Below, piece after piece: positions 23,914 to 33,434 of a stretch of DNA of 64,000 bases (position 1 is the first letter of the stretch; the number at the start of each line of letters is the position of its first letter). Origin of the DNA: Azolla caroliniana (taxonomy: Eukaryota; Plantae; Polypodiophyta); NCBI GenBank assembly GCA_043228905.1, contig JBHGNT010000002.1, positions 27,590,001-27,654,000 of the forward strand. The letters run 5' to 3'. The position numbers and the translations under genes are program-made. Below the pieces are notes generated by a model, which did not search any database, was not told the origin of the DNA, and was given only the letters and a program-made list of their open reading frames with translations.

Positions 23914-26690
23914 TTGATGTTGGTAGTATCTATGATCCAAACATGTCCTCATAGAACTGTCCAAAGATGTCTCAAGCTCGGTTAATTGTTAAGTATTTGT
24001 CAAACATCTCACCTTGGATGCTTCAGTTCAAGAATACATTGAAGACCCCTCGAAGATATTGGACAATGCATGTAATGACTTGAGCATATTTGTAATAGGG
24101 CATACTTGAGCATACACTTTCTAATGTGAAAGGATATATTGTAGACTGTAAACGTTTTGTAAGGTTCTTTCTCATTGTATTCCCTAGAGCTATAGGTTAA
24201 GCCTTTCTTGCTCTCCTTAATCAATTTTTAATCTCAATCCTAAACTTAATGATTGTGTTTAGCCTAAATTTGTAATTATCCTGAGGTGGTGGAAACATGG
24301 AAGCCTCTTGGTGATGAAGTGATAGTTAAGTTTTGTGAATGCAATTAGGTGGTAGAGTAAAATTAGAGTTTTCTTAGTAGTTAGCTCATCCATTAGTAGA
24401 TTGAGGGAGATTCAAACTCACCCTCGTCACTCTTGTCAACAAAGGCTACACGGTGGTACGTTCACCCACACCACCCTCGAGAACAAAGTAGTTTTTGGCA
24501 AGAACGTTGAAAGACACAACTTTGCTACCACAGTTGGGGAGGAAGATTTTTGTAACCTCTTTCATCTACATATAAACTAAGGTGAGGAAGAACCAGACAC
24601 CAACTTTAATTCTTTCTTGATTTTTTCCTTATTTATGTTAATTAGATTGTGATTGATGAATCTTATTTGCTCAAACTTTACCTTTTATTTTTCTATTTTT
24701 TTTCCTACCAATCACTTTCATAATCACATTAACTATTGTTATGATTGATCCCAATTAGCAATTAGCATTAATCAATATCTAGGTGTCATATTTATATATG
24801 TTGAGAGATCAAGCTCAACTTAGTTTAGTTAGTTAGTCAACACATGTAACTTAGTAGTTACCTAGATAGAATCTAGTTAGTGTGTTGACCATAAAGCCTT
24901 AAATAGGATTTTGTACTCGAGTGGGATACATTGTAGATCCACCACTCCATGCTCATTTAATATAGGACTTACACGTTGTACCTATATTCTCCTAGCACAT
25001 GTGCACCCACCCACCCACCCTTACACATGAAACCTATATATACCTCATTGAAGGTATTTTTGTATTTGATGATAGTTGATGATATTTACCTTTTAATATA
25101 CTTTATCATCCCCCATCTTGTTTTTGTGTTCATAAGTGTACTTCTCTCTCTCTTTCTCTCACGCACACATACACACACATATCACTTAATCTTCTGCTAC
25201 GTAATCCCTTAACTTAATCACATAATTATTCCTTAATTAATTACCTAATCCTTAATATGGTATCAGAGCGTGTGGTTTAGAAAATCCACTAAGCCCACCC
25301 GACTCCTTGATTGTGTGTTCAAAACGCCGACGACAAATTTCGGCCATTCACTACCGTAGTGCCGCTATGTAGCACGTACACGTGATCGAAGGAAGAAAAA
25401 CAAAAGAAGAGAAGACACAATCAACATGAACACACAAATGGGTAGCTCGCTCCCTAGCGAAAAGCTAGACCGGAGGAATTATTCATCTTGGGAGTACAAG
25501 ATGTTGGGATTATGGTCCCTTCGGATGGGATGGTCGGATATCGGAGATGAATGCCGACAAGCCCGGTTTCGGTTTCGGAACCGGATGATGAAGACCCCGA
25601 CTTCGGAGTCGGATGACGAATGTACCCGAAGAAGAGATCCGGATGCAGGGACATATCCGTGAATATGTCTGCTAAGGGCCCCTGAGGCTATAGTTGTAAA
25701 TAGCCCCAAAGTCATATATGTATAAATATGACTTAGGGCAAATAGTTTTGGAGTTGCTGATCATTTTTCTGTTTTTCCACTTTAGAGGAGTGAAGAGAGA
25801 AAGCAGCCGTGAGAGAGGGAGAGAGAGAGATAGAGCGTTGTCGAGGTTTTACGCAAGTGCGTGTAGAAACGAGGCGGGACCGCGGGGGTCTCGAACCAAA
25901 GAGCAAGCGAGGGAGGAGAAAGGGAGAGAACCGGCTACGCAGGACCGGGGATACACAGGGACGCGGCCCTTCAGCACGGAGAACGCGAATAGACACCGAC
26001 ACAGACAGATGCGAATGACCAAATATGTATATTAAGAAAAATGGCTAACACGACTACAACCCTCGATGGGGCACAGGTTGGTTACAACCGAACAGGCCGG
26101 CGAACAGATGCCGATGCCTGTTCGCTTCGACGCACAAAGGGGCTGCCGGAAGCACTCGGGCGTTCCTCGAAACAGCGCGAGCCCCCTCGGAACCCTGCAC
26201 AGAAAAGCTATGGAGCTCAAGAAGGAAGGAAACAGAGAGAGAGAGAAGCGTCCAGAAACGGTCCGACAGCACTTCGTTCTCTCCGCGCCAGATCCCTGCA
26301 ATAGCTCTTTCCTGCTCCTTATATAGGCCGACGAGCAGGCCGTCATGTCAGCTTTATTCCCTGTCCCTTTTGGACAGGGATTCGCTTCGTCCTTCACGCA
26401 TCCGCGTAGTTACGCCGCCGACTCGTACAGTTCCTTCGCTCGCGCGCGCGACCGAAAAGACTGTTCGCGCGGTCTTTGTCTCCACTTGTGTTAGGGCCCG
26501 TTCCCGCCGATTATCCTCCTAATTCGCTTCGACGCACAACTCGGAGCGTGCGCGCGTGAAGAACCGGTTCCCACGCCTTGGTGCGCCGATTCCGCCTATG
26601 GACGGTTTTCTTCACGACATCCGCCCCCACCTAACCGTGCATCCTCCGGTATGCACCAAGAGAGTTGGGACGGAGAAAACCGGCCCGTCT

Positions 26691-29600
26691 TCATTTCTTG
26701 CCCGTCGGTTCTTCCTCGTTTTCGGATCTTTCGTCACTGCTGACTAGGAGAGCTGGGTCTGGCTCGTCGTCGTGTCGCTTCTTGAACGCTTTGATCCGCT
26801 TCCCTGCAACTGGTATCGCCATTCTCGTGCCGTCTAGTTCCGCCAGGTGATATGTCCCGTTGTCATTGGCGCTCCGCACCACGTAAGGCCCGAACCACCT
26901 TCGTGCGAACTTCCGTGTAGCGCGGTGCTGGTTGTCGAGGCTGCTGTCGTAGACGAGCACCCAGTCACCTTCGTCGATTTTCTTCGGTCGGAGCCGGTGC
27001 GTTCGGTCGAACCGGGCTTTGTTCTTTGTCCTCGCCACCCGGAGCTTCTCCGCAGCCAGTGCCACGTCCTCCGGTCTCCGCTCGAGCTGTCGTATACGTG
27101 CGGCCAACAACTCCTCCCGGCTCATCTCGTCCCTCCAGTCGACCGTTGCCCACGAGGAGATCGTCCGTTCTATCGGCATGATCGGCTTCTGGCCGAACAT
27201 GAGCTCCGTCGGCATGTACCCGGTTACCGAACTGTGCGTGGTCCGGTCTGCCCACAAAGCATAAGGTAGCAGCCGCGGCCAGTTTCCGACTTGGCCTCCG
27301 CATGCTCGAACCAGCGCCTTGACGATCGGTCCGTGTCCGCGCTCCACCTTTCCATTCGCCTCCGGATTGTACGCAGTGGTGAGCGAGAGCTTGACTCCCA
27401 GCCGGTCGAACAGCTCCGCGGCTTCTTCGGCGTCCAACTCCCCTCGGTCAGCCACAATCTTCCCGACGCACCCGTACCGGCATATCACGTCCTCGATTAG
27501 GAACCGACATACGGCCGCGGTCGTTTTGTTCGGAAGGGCCCGGCCTTCCACCTGGTTCGTCAGATCCTCCCGTGCTAGGACCAGGTACCGCATCTGTCCT
27601 ACCCCCATTGGCATCGTCACCAGATCTACCATCCATTTGAAGTGGATGGTCGGAGGGTACGTAGGGTGAAGCTCGTCCCGGTGTCGGACCACGGAGTGCA
27701 TCTGACAGCTCTCGCAAGTTGTCACTAATCGGTGCACGTCCTGGTACAGTCCCGGCCACCAGTACTTCTCCCTTATCTTCTCGAACGTGGCCCAAGTTCC
27801 ACGGTGTCCGGCCCAAGGGCTGTCGTGGTAGGCCGTCAGCAGCTCCTCCTGTTCTTCCTTCATCGCCACCACCCGGGGCGGAGCGCCGTCCCTCTTCTTC
27901 GGGTGCTTCCATAGATAGCCATCCCGGAGAAAGAACCTGTACGCTTTCTTCCGGATCCGGTTGGCCTCGTCTTTCGTCCATGACGCATCCGGCGCCATTG
28001 TCCTCAAGAACCCGCCAATCTGCAGCCACTCCCCGTCGTACTTGCTCGCGTCGAAGTCGTTAAGCGCCGGAGTGCTCGTCCCGTCGGTTGTCACGTATGC
28101 TGCCTCGAAGAAGTCCACGCCGACCTCTTCGTCCTCCGAAACCATGCCGCCCTCGTCATCGAACCTCGCCCTTGAAAGCATGTCGGCCATGGCGTTGTCT
28201 TTCCCGGAAATGTGTCGTATTTCCGGGTCCAGGGACTTGATGTACGCTATCCACCTGAGCATTGCCAGGTCCGGCGTCGCGCACCCGGAAACCATGCCGA
28301 GAATCGGCATGCAATCCGTCTCTATGATTACCTCTGTCCCGATCAGATAGTCCTTGTCGGCCTTCACCGCCGAAACAACACCCCAGAGTTCGCGTTTAAC
28401 CTGGGCGTATCCTCGTTGCCGCTCACTGAGGACCTTCGCGCCGAATCGGATCGGAAACCGATTGCCGTCCTCGTCTTCTTGGTTGACGACCCACCCGATT
28501 CCGGTCGGACTCGTGTCAACCGTTATGTACACTGGGGTGTCCTTCCTGTAGACGGCCTTTCGGAGCGCCGGTGCTGCCGAAAGAGCCTCCTTCAGCTTCC
28601 GGACCGACTCCGTGTGCTTGTCTAGCCATTCGAATCTTCGCCCTTTCTTCAATAATCCGTACAGCGGCTCCGCGACGTGCGCGTAATGCGGGATCCATAT
28701 GTGGTAGAAGGCGCATGCTCCCAAGAATCTTCGTACTTCCGTGACCGAGCTGCAATCAGGCTTCATCGCGGAGATGGCTTCTACCTTTGCCGGAGACGGT
28801 TTCCGGCCATATGGTCCACATAAATGTCCGACCACCATGATTTCCGACTGCCCGAAGGCTGATTTCTCCCCCGAGAAGGTGAGCCTCGCAGCCTCTAGCC
28901 TTTGCAGCACCTTCTCGCAGTCGTCGATGTGCATCGCCACGAATCGCCGGCATCCGTCCGGCCCGATCGTCTCGTTCTTCTCTGCTACCGGGCATCCCTT
29001 GATCGGGATGTCGTCCAGAAACGGCATGGTGATGTCCGGGATGCAGTCCCTCAGAACCTTGTTCATCGCATTCACCATGTGGGCCACCGAGTTGGTCCCT
29101 CCTTGCGGCAGCGTACACATCCGCACTAGGCCGAGGGGAGTTCGCATCGTCGTAATGTCTCTGCTCTCCACGGCTAGCTGGAACTGGTCGTACCCTGAGT
29201 ATAGATCACCGACCGAGTAAATCGACCTTCCAGCGAAGGCCTCCGCGAACTCGTCTATGGTCGGTCCAATCCCTGCGTTCCGAATGGTCACCTTATTGAC
29301 CGGTTGCAGGTCCTGAATGAAGCGCAATGATCCGTTTTTCTTTGGTACGGTAAACCATCGGTTTGAATATGGGGCGCTCGACGGCTCGAGAATGCCCATA
29401 TCAACTTTCTGCTTCAACAGCTCCATCAACTTCGGGATGTGAGCTCTCGGAACCGGAATTGGCTTGAGATTCCACGGTACATGCGGTACCGTGAATATCA
29501 CCATTGGCTCTACGATCGTCGGGTTTACGCACCCGATTTCCTCTGGTGAGAATGCGAAGGCTTTCCCGTGCCTTCCGAGCATTCTCCGAAACCGGTGTTC

Positions 29601-30179
29601 CTCCGCCGGTAGTAGGAACCCGCCCCCACCGATTTTGAGCTCCCAGAGCGTCTCGTTGGTGAAGGTGTGTCCTATACAGGCCGGATCTCGTAAGCTGGGG
29701 TCCGATGCAACCCCTTTGATTCGCGACTCGCTGCCCTCCGGTAACGGTACCGCGACTGGCCTTACCTTCCGGTCCACAGTCTTGTACTTGGTGCTTACTC
29801 GGGCCGTCCGATCCGACTCGAGCCCCCGACCAAAGTCCGCGATGACTTCGTACATTTCTTCGGAACATACCGGTATCGTCCGGTCTTCGTTAAGGTCTTC
29901 TTCGACTACCTTCCCCAGCATTCCCAAGGTGTCGTCGAAGGAGACCGCCTCCACGGCGTCACTGATTTCTTCGTCAGGGCCGAGAACTCCGCACGCTCGA
30001 AGTCTCCCCTCCGTCTTTGTTTTCTCTCGGCCGGCGATGCCGACCATCGTACATGCTCCGCTGTCGGAGAAGCAAAATTTCCTACCTATTGTACACGGTT
30101 TTATCGTACAGATGTGGGGTTTTCCCGGAGCATCCGGACTGTCGCGGCCCCACGCCTTGGCAGTCCTCTCTAAAAATCC
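26691..30179 (-). CDS. Gypsy RT-RNaseH-integrase ORF (-1 frame relative to gag-PR)
   Basis: RT DLYSGYDQ..LPQG..PFLDD, RH VDTSPTGIG..KRELWG, IN H..GHRG..CESC, WMVDLV, ADRGE, NGKVER, FGPY. No chromodomain. The frame is open back to 30179. Confidence 0.92.
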   Translation of the reverse strand, partial: GFLERTAKAWGRDSPDAPGKPHICTIKPCTIGRKFCFSDSGACTMVGIAGREKTKTEGRLRACGVLGPDEEISDAVEAVSFDDTLGMLGKVVEEDLNEDRTIPVCSEEMYEVIADFGRGLESDRTARVSTKYKTVDRKVRPVAVPLPEGSESRIKGVASDPSLRDPACIGHTFTNETLWELKIGGGGFLLPAEEHRFRRMLGRHGKAFAFSPEEIGCVNPTIVEPMVIFTVPHVPWNLKPIPVPRAHIPKLMELLKQKVDMGILEPSSAPYSNRWFTVPKKNGSLRFIQDLQPVNKVTIRNAGIGPTIDEFAEAFAGRSIYSVGDLYSGYDQFQLAVESRDITTMRTPLGLVRMCTLPQGGTNSVAHMVNAMNKVLRDCIPDITMPFLDDIPIKGCPVAEKNETIGPDGCRRFVAMHIDDCEKVLQRLEAARLTFSGEKSAFGQSEIMVVGHLCGPYGRKPSPAKVEAISAMKPDCSSVTEVRRFLGACAFYHIWIPHYAHVAEPLYGLLKKGRRFEWLDKHTESVRKLKEALSAAPALRKAVYRKDTPVYITVDTSPTGIGWVVNQEDEDGNRFPIRFGAKVLSERQRGYAQVKRELWGVVSAVKADKDYLIGTEVIIETDCMPILGMVSGCATPDLAMLRWIAYIKSLDPEIRHISGKDNAMADMLSRARFDDEGGMVSEDEEVGVDFFEAAYVTTDGTSTPALNDFDASKYDGEWLQIGGFLRTMAPDASWTKDEANRIRKKAYRFFLRDGYLWKHPKKRDGAPPRVVAMKEEQEELLTAYHDSPWAGHRGTWATFEKIREKYWWPGLYQDVHRLVTTCESCQMHSVVRHRDELHPTYPPTIHFKWMVDLVTMPMGVGQMRYLVLAREDLTNQVEGRALPNKTTAAVCRFLIEDVICRYGCVGKIVADRGELDAEEAAELFDRLGVKLSLTTAYNPEANGKVERGHGPIVKALVRACGGQVGNWPRLLPYALWADRTTHSSVTGYMPTELMFGQKPIMPIERTISSWATVDWRDEMSREELLAARIRQLERRPEDVALAAEKLRVARTKNKARFDRTHRLRPKKIDEGDWVLVYDSSLDNQHRATRKFARRWFGPYVVRSANDNGTYHLAELDGTRMAIPVAGKRIKAFKKRHDDEPDPALLVSSDERSENEEEPTGKK
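30133..30179 (-). promoter_or_regulatory. Candidate -1 ribosomal frameshift signal
   Basis: G GAT TTT TAG at the gag-PR stop, followed by the stem GGACTG..CAGTCC. Conserved in the copy at 63173-63216. Confidence 0.7.
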
Positions 30180-32296
30180 TCTCGGTTTTCGGAACCGAGG
30201 GAGTCGCGGTTACGTTCGTGGTTCGGCCGTACCGTCAGAAACTGGACCGAATGGCGCCCGTCTTGGCTTTTGACCCTCGCGTAGGCCGAACCATTGTCCA
30301 GCACCTTGGTCTCCATCCGCGCCGCCGTGATGTACGGCTCTCCCAGTATGACCGGATGCGAAGACGTCTCCTGCACGAAGAAGTGCTGGTCAATCTCGAC
30401 GTCGCCGATCTTGACTCGCACATTCGGACAGGCCCCGTGCAGTTCCTCGGTGGCGCGCGTTGCCGCCCTTATTTTCCACCCGTGCTTGGTGTTGATCGGC
30501 CATTTGCCCTTCTTATAGAAGTCCATGGACATCAAGTTGATCTCCGATCCGTGGTCCACCAAAGCTATCACCGGTTCCTGGACATCGCCGATCTTCACCG
30601 GGGTTTCCGTGGTCGCTCGGGCCCAGTGTGGTCTCGAATAGTGGCTTTCCGCCCACTCGTCTCCCAACGCCATGTCGTCTAGGTGCGTCGTCCGCACTTC
30701 CACCGGTCTTTCCGGTTCTGTCTCCGTCGACAGCCTCTTCCGTTTCACTAAGTCCACGATGGAGTCATGGAACTCCTTCTTGGCGATTCCCAGCACCTCT
30801 CGTAACGACAGCTCCACCTTGCTGTCGAGGATCCGCTCCTCCAGGACCTTTCGTAAGTCCGTGGTCCTTTCTATCTCCGTCCCCAGACGGTACCCGCCCT
30901 TCTGGGGTTTATCTTGCGTACCGGCCCCGCCGGCTTCGTCCCGTCGTGGCCCGGACCGGGTCTCGTATCGTTGTGAGGGCCCGGTCGTCCCGGGTTTCCC
31001 CACCCGCTTCTCTTCTACCAGAGCCTCGTAGTTCTGGCAAGCGGCTTCCACGAAGCCCGTCCTTTCCTCGACCGGGTCGCTCCACCCGGTCATCTCCCGT
31101 ACCCGTTTCTCCACACGGTCCGATTCCTCCCCTTTAAGCCTTGCACCGGCAAGGCCTTCTAGCATCGTCGGCCAGAATCCGGCTTTGCTTTCCTTTCGGG
31201 CCTCGCCGCCGCCGACTCGAATGCCGGCCGACGCCGAGTAGTGGACGGTTTCCGCGTGTCGGGCCGCCGCCTCTTCCATCAACCTTTTCATACCACCTCG
31301 CCCGTCGTTTCGGCTCAGGGCCCTTCGGGTGTCGCTGGCATGCACCCGTCCTTCCCACAGGTACACCACCCTGTTCCTCAGCGCCTCCGCGAAGTCGCCG
31401 CAGTCCTTCCGAATGTGGCTGACCTCATCGCACCACATGCACCTGTTTCCTGCCGCCGGACGTCGGTCACGAGCCGGTTCGCCTCCTTCCCTTCGGGCCT
31501 GCGCGATTTGGAGGTCCTTTATCGCCTTCGTCAATTCCTCCAGCGCCGCTCCTCCGGTTGAGACTCTGACTACGCCGGTCGAAGCCGAACCAGTTTCCAA
31601 CCATTCTCGGGTCTCTTCCTTTCGCACCTGTGGCGCTGGTTCGAGCTTCCTTGCTGCGACCGAGCCCGACCCGGTTGCCCCGTTATCCGCCCATTCTCGC
31701 CGTTTGTCGAAACGGCCACAGACCTTCCTGACAGCCGCCCAGTCGGTAGTGAGCCCGTCTTCGGTTTCCAGCAAGAGGCCCACTTGCTCCCGATCCCGCT
31801 CGTCGACCGACTTGACAAACAGCAAGACCCGACTCGTGTCCAGGATGGTTCGGTCGAGCGCCGAAAGGCGCGCAAAGTTTTCCTCGAACTCCCGGAGGAG
31901 CGCCGACGCGTTTCTTCCCTTCCCCGGGGACTCCACCCATTCCATGAACCTTCGCTTCGAAAGCCGGAGCGCGTCGTCCAGACCGTATTTCTCTAGGAGC
32001 CGACCTTCGAACTCCTCCCAGGTACGGCTCTCCGTCCGCACCTCGAGCACCTCCGCATGGATGCTCGGCATCGCCACTCGGGGAAATCCGGCAAGACGCC
32101 TTTCTTCCGGAATGTCCCGCATCAGCATCTCTGCACCGTAGGACGCCAAATACCTCGTGGCATCCTTCCCATCGAACCGGCCGATCGTGCCGACGACCGC
32201 CTCAATAGCTCTGTCGAGGGCACCGGTGCCCTCGCGCGCGTTTACAATCCGATCCACGGCCGAAGCCATGGCCTCTGCAAGATCCGACCCCCTCAT
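30170..32296 (-). CDS. Gypsy gag-protease ORF
   Basis: GRFDGKDATRYL, CCHC knuckle CMWCDEVSHIRKDC, aspartic protease ALVDHGSEIN..VILGEP. The first ATG after the PBS is at 32296. Confidence 0.9.
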   Translation of the reverse strand: MRGSDLAEAMASAVDRIVNAREGTGALDRAIEAVVGTIGRFDGKDATRYLASYGAEMLMRDIPEERRLAGFPRVAMPSIHAEVLEVRTESRTWEEFEGRLLEKYGLDDALRLSKRRFMEWVESPGKGRNASALLREFEENFARLSALDRTILDTSRVLLFVKSVDERDREQVGLLLETEDGLTTDWAAVRKVCGRFDKRREWADNGATGSGSVAARKLEPAPQVRKEETREWLETGSASTGVVRVSTGGAALEELTKAIKDLQIAQARREGGEPARDRRPAAGNRCMWCDEVSHIRKDCGDFAEALRNRVVYLWEGRVHASDTRRALSRNDGRGGMKRLMEEAAARHAETVHYSASAGIRVGGGEARKESKAGFWPTMLEGLAGARLKGEESDRVEKRVREMTGWSDPVEERTGFVEAACQNYEALVEEKRVGKPGTTGPSQRYETRSGPRRDEAGGAGTQDKPQKGGYRLGTEIERTTDLRKVLEERILDSKVELSLREVLGIAKKEFHDSIVDLVKRKRLSTETEPERPVEVRTTHLDDMALGDEWAESHYSRPHWARATTETPVKIGDVQEPVIALVDHGSEINLMSMDFYKKGKWPINTKHGWKIRAATRATEELHGACPNVRVKIGDVEIDQHFFVQETSSHPVILGEPYITAARMETKVLDNGSAYARVKSQDGRHSVQFLTVRPNHERNRDSLGSENREDF

Positions 32297-32318
32297 CTTC
32301 TGCTCTTCTGCCGCCTCT

Positions 32319-32336
32319 TTCACGTCGGGTTCACCA
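32319..32336 (-). promoter_or_regulatory. Primer-binding site complementary to tRNA-Trp
   Basis: TGGTGAACCCGACGTGAA is the reverse complement of ..TTCACGTCGGGTTCACCA, the 3' end of plant cytosolic tRNA-Trp as I recall it. There is a 4-nt spacer after the LTR. Confidence 0.8.
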
Positions 32337-33434
32337 AAGATGTCGAGGTTTTACGCAAGTGCGTGTAGAAACGAGGCGGGACCGCGGGGGTCTCGAACCA
32401 AAGAGCAAGCGAGGGAGGAGAAAGGGAGAGAACCGGCTACGCAGGACCGGGGATACACAGGGACGCGGCCCTTCAGCACGGAGAACGCGAACAGACACCG
32501 ACACAGACAGATGCGAATGACCAAATATGTATATTAAGAAAAATGGCTAACACGACTACAACCCTCGATGGGGCACAGGTTGGTTACAACCGAGCAGGCC
32601 GGCGAACAGATGCCGATGCCTGTTCGCTTCGACGCACAAAGGGGCTGCCGGAAGCACTCGGGCGTTCCTCGAAACAGCGCGAGCCCCCTCGGAACCCTGC
32701 ACAGAAAAGCTATGGAGCTCAAGAAGGAAGGAAACAGAGAGAGAGAGAAGCGTCCAGAAACGGTCCGACAGCACTTCGTTCTCTCCGCGCCAGATCCCTG
32801 CAATAGCTCTTTCCTGCTCCTTATATAGGCCGACGAGCAGGCCGTCATGTCAGCTTTATTCCCTGTCCCTTTTGGACAGGGATTCGCTTCGTCCTTCACG
32901 CATCCGCGTAGTTACGCCGCCGACTCGTACAGTTCCTTCGCTCGCGCGCGCGACCGAAAAGACTGTTCGCGCGGTCTTTGTCTCCACTTGTGTTAGGGCC
33001 CGTTCCCGCCGATTATCCTCCTAATTCGCTTCGACGCACAACTCGGAGCGTGCGCGCGTGAAGAACCGGTTCCCACGCCTTGGTGCGCCGATTCCGCCTA
33101 TGGACGGTTTTCTTCACGACAGCGCGAGAGAGGAAGAGGTAGACGCCTCTGTGTATTTCCGCCGCCTGTGGCGAGGACAGCGAGCTCAAGGTCGTCGCCT
33201 TGCAGCTCGCCATTGTATACTTCTCTGTATAGTGTTGATTTGGAGTCTCGTACTCCCGTGGTTTTTCCCATCTAGGGTTTTCCACGTTAATCCCTATGTT
33301 CGCGTTGTGTTTCTCTCTGTGGTTCCTATTTTCTGCTGCATTGATTCGCGATTACTCGGTTGTGGCCGAGTGGTGAAGGTTAATCGAAGTGTCGATTACC
33401 AACAAACTGGTATCAGAGCGGGTTGCTGCAGAAA

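Larger units (their letters stand above)
25839..33121 (-). mobile_element. Intact young Ty3/gypsy element, 781-bp LTRs, 4-bp TSD GCGC (left copy GCGT)
   Basis: LTRs 25839-26619 and 32341-33121 (TGTCG..CGACA; I see two substitutions). PBS at 32319-32336 and PPT-like GGTTAGGTGGGGGCGGA at 26620-26636. The pre-insertion site can be read from the Copia 3' LTR. Confidence 0.97.

Noticed and set aside
22981-25257. The two similar LTRs as ends of one small element (TRIM/LARD)
   Set aside because: The first has its own TSD (solo LTR) and the second is followed by a PBS and gag, so they are independent insertions.
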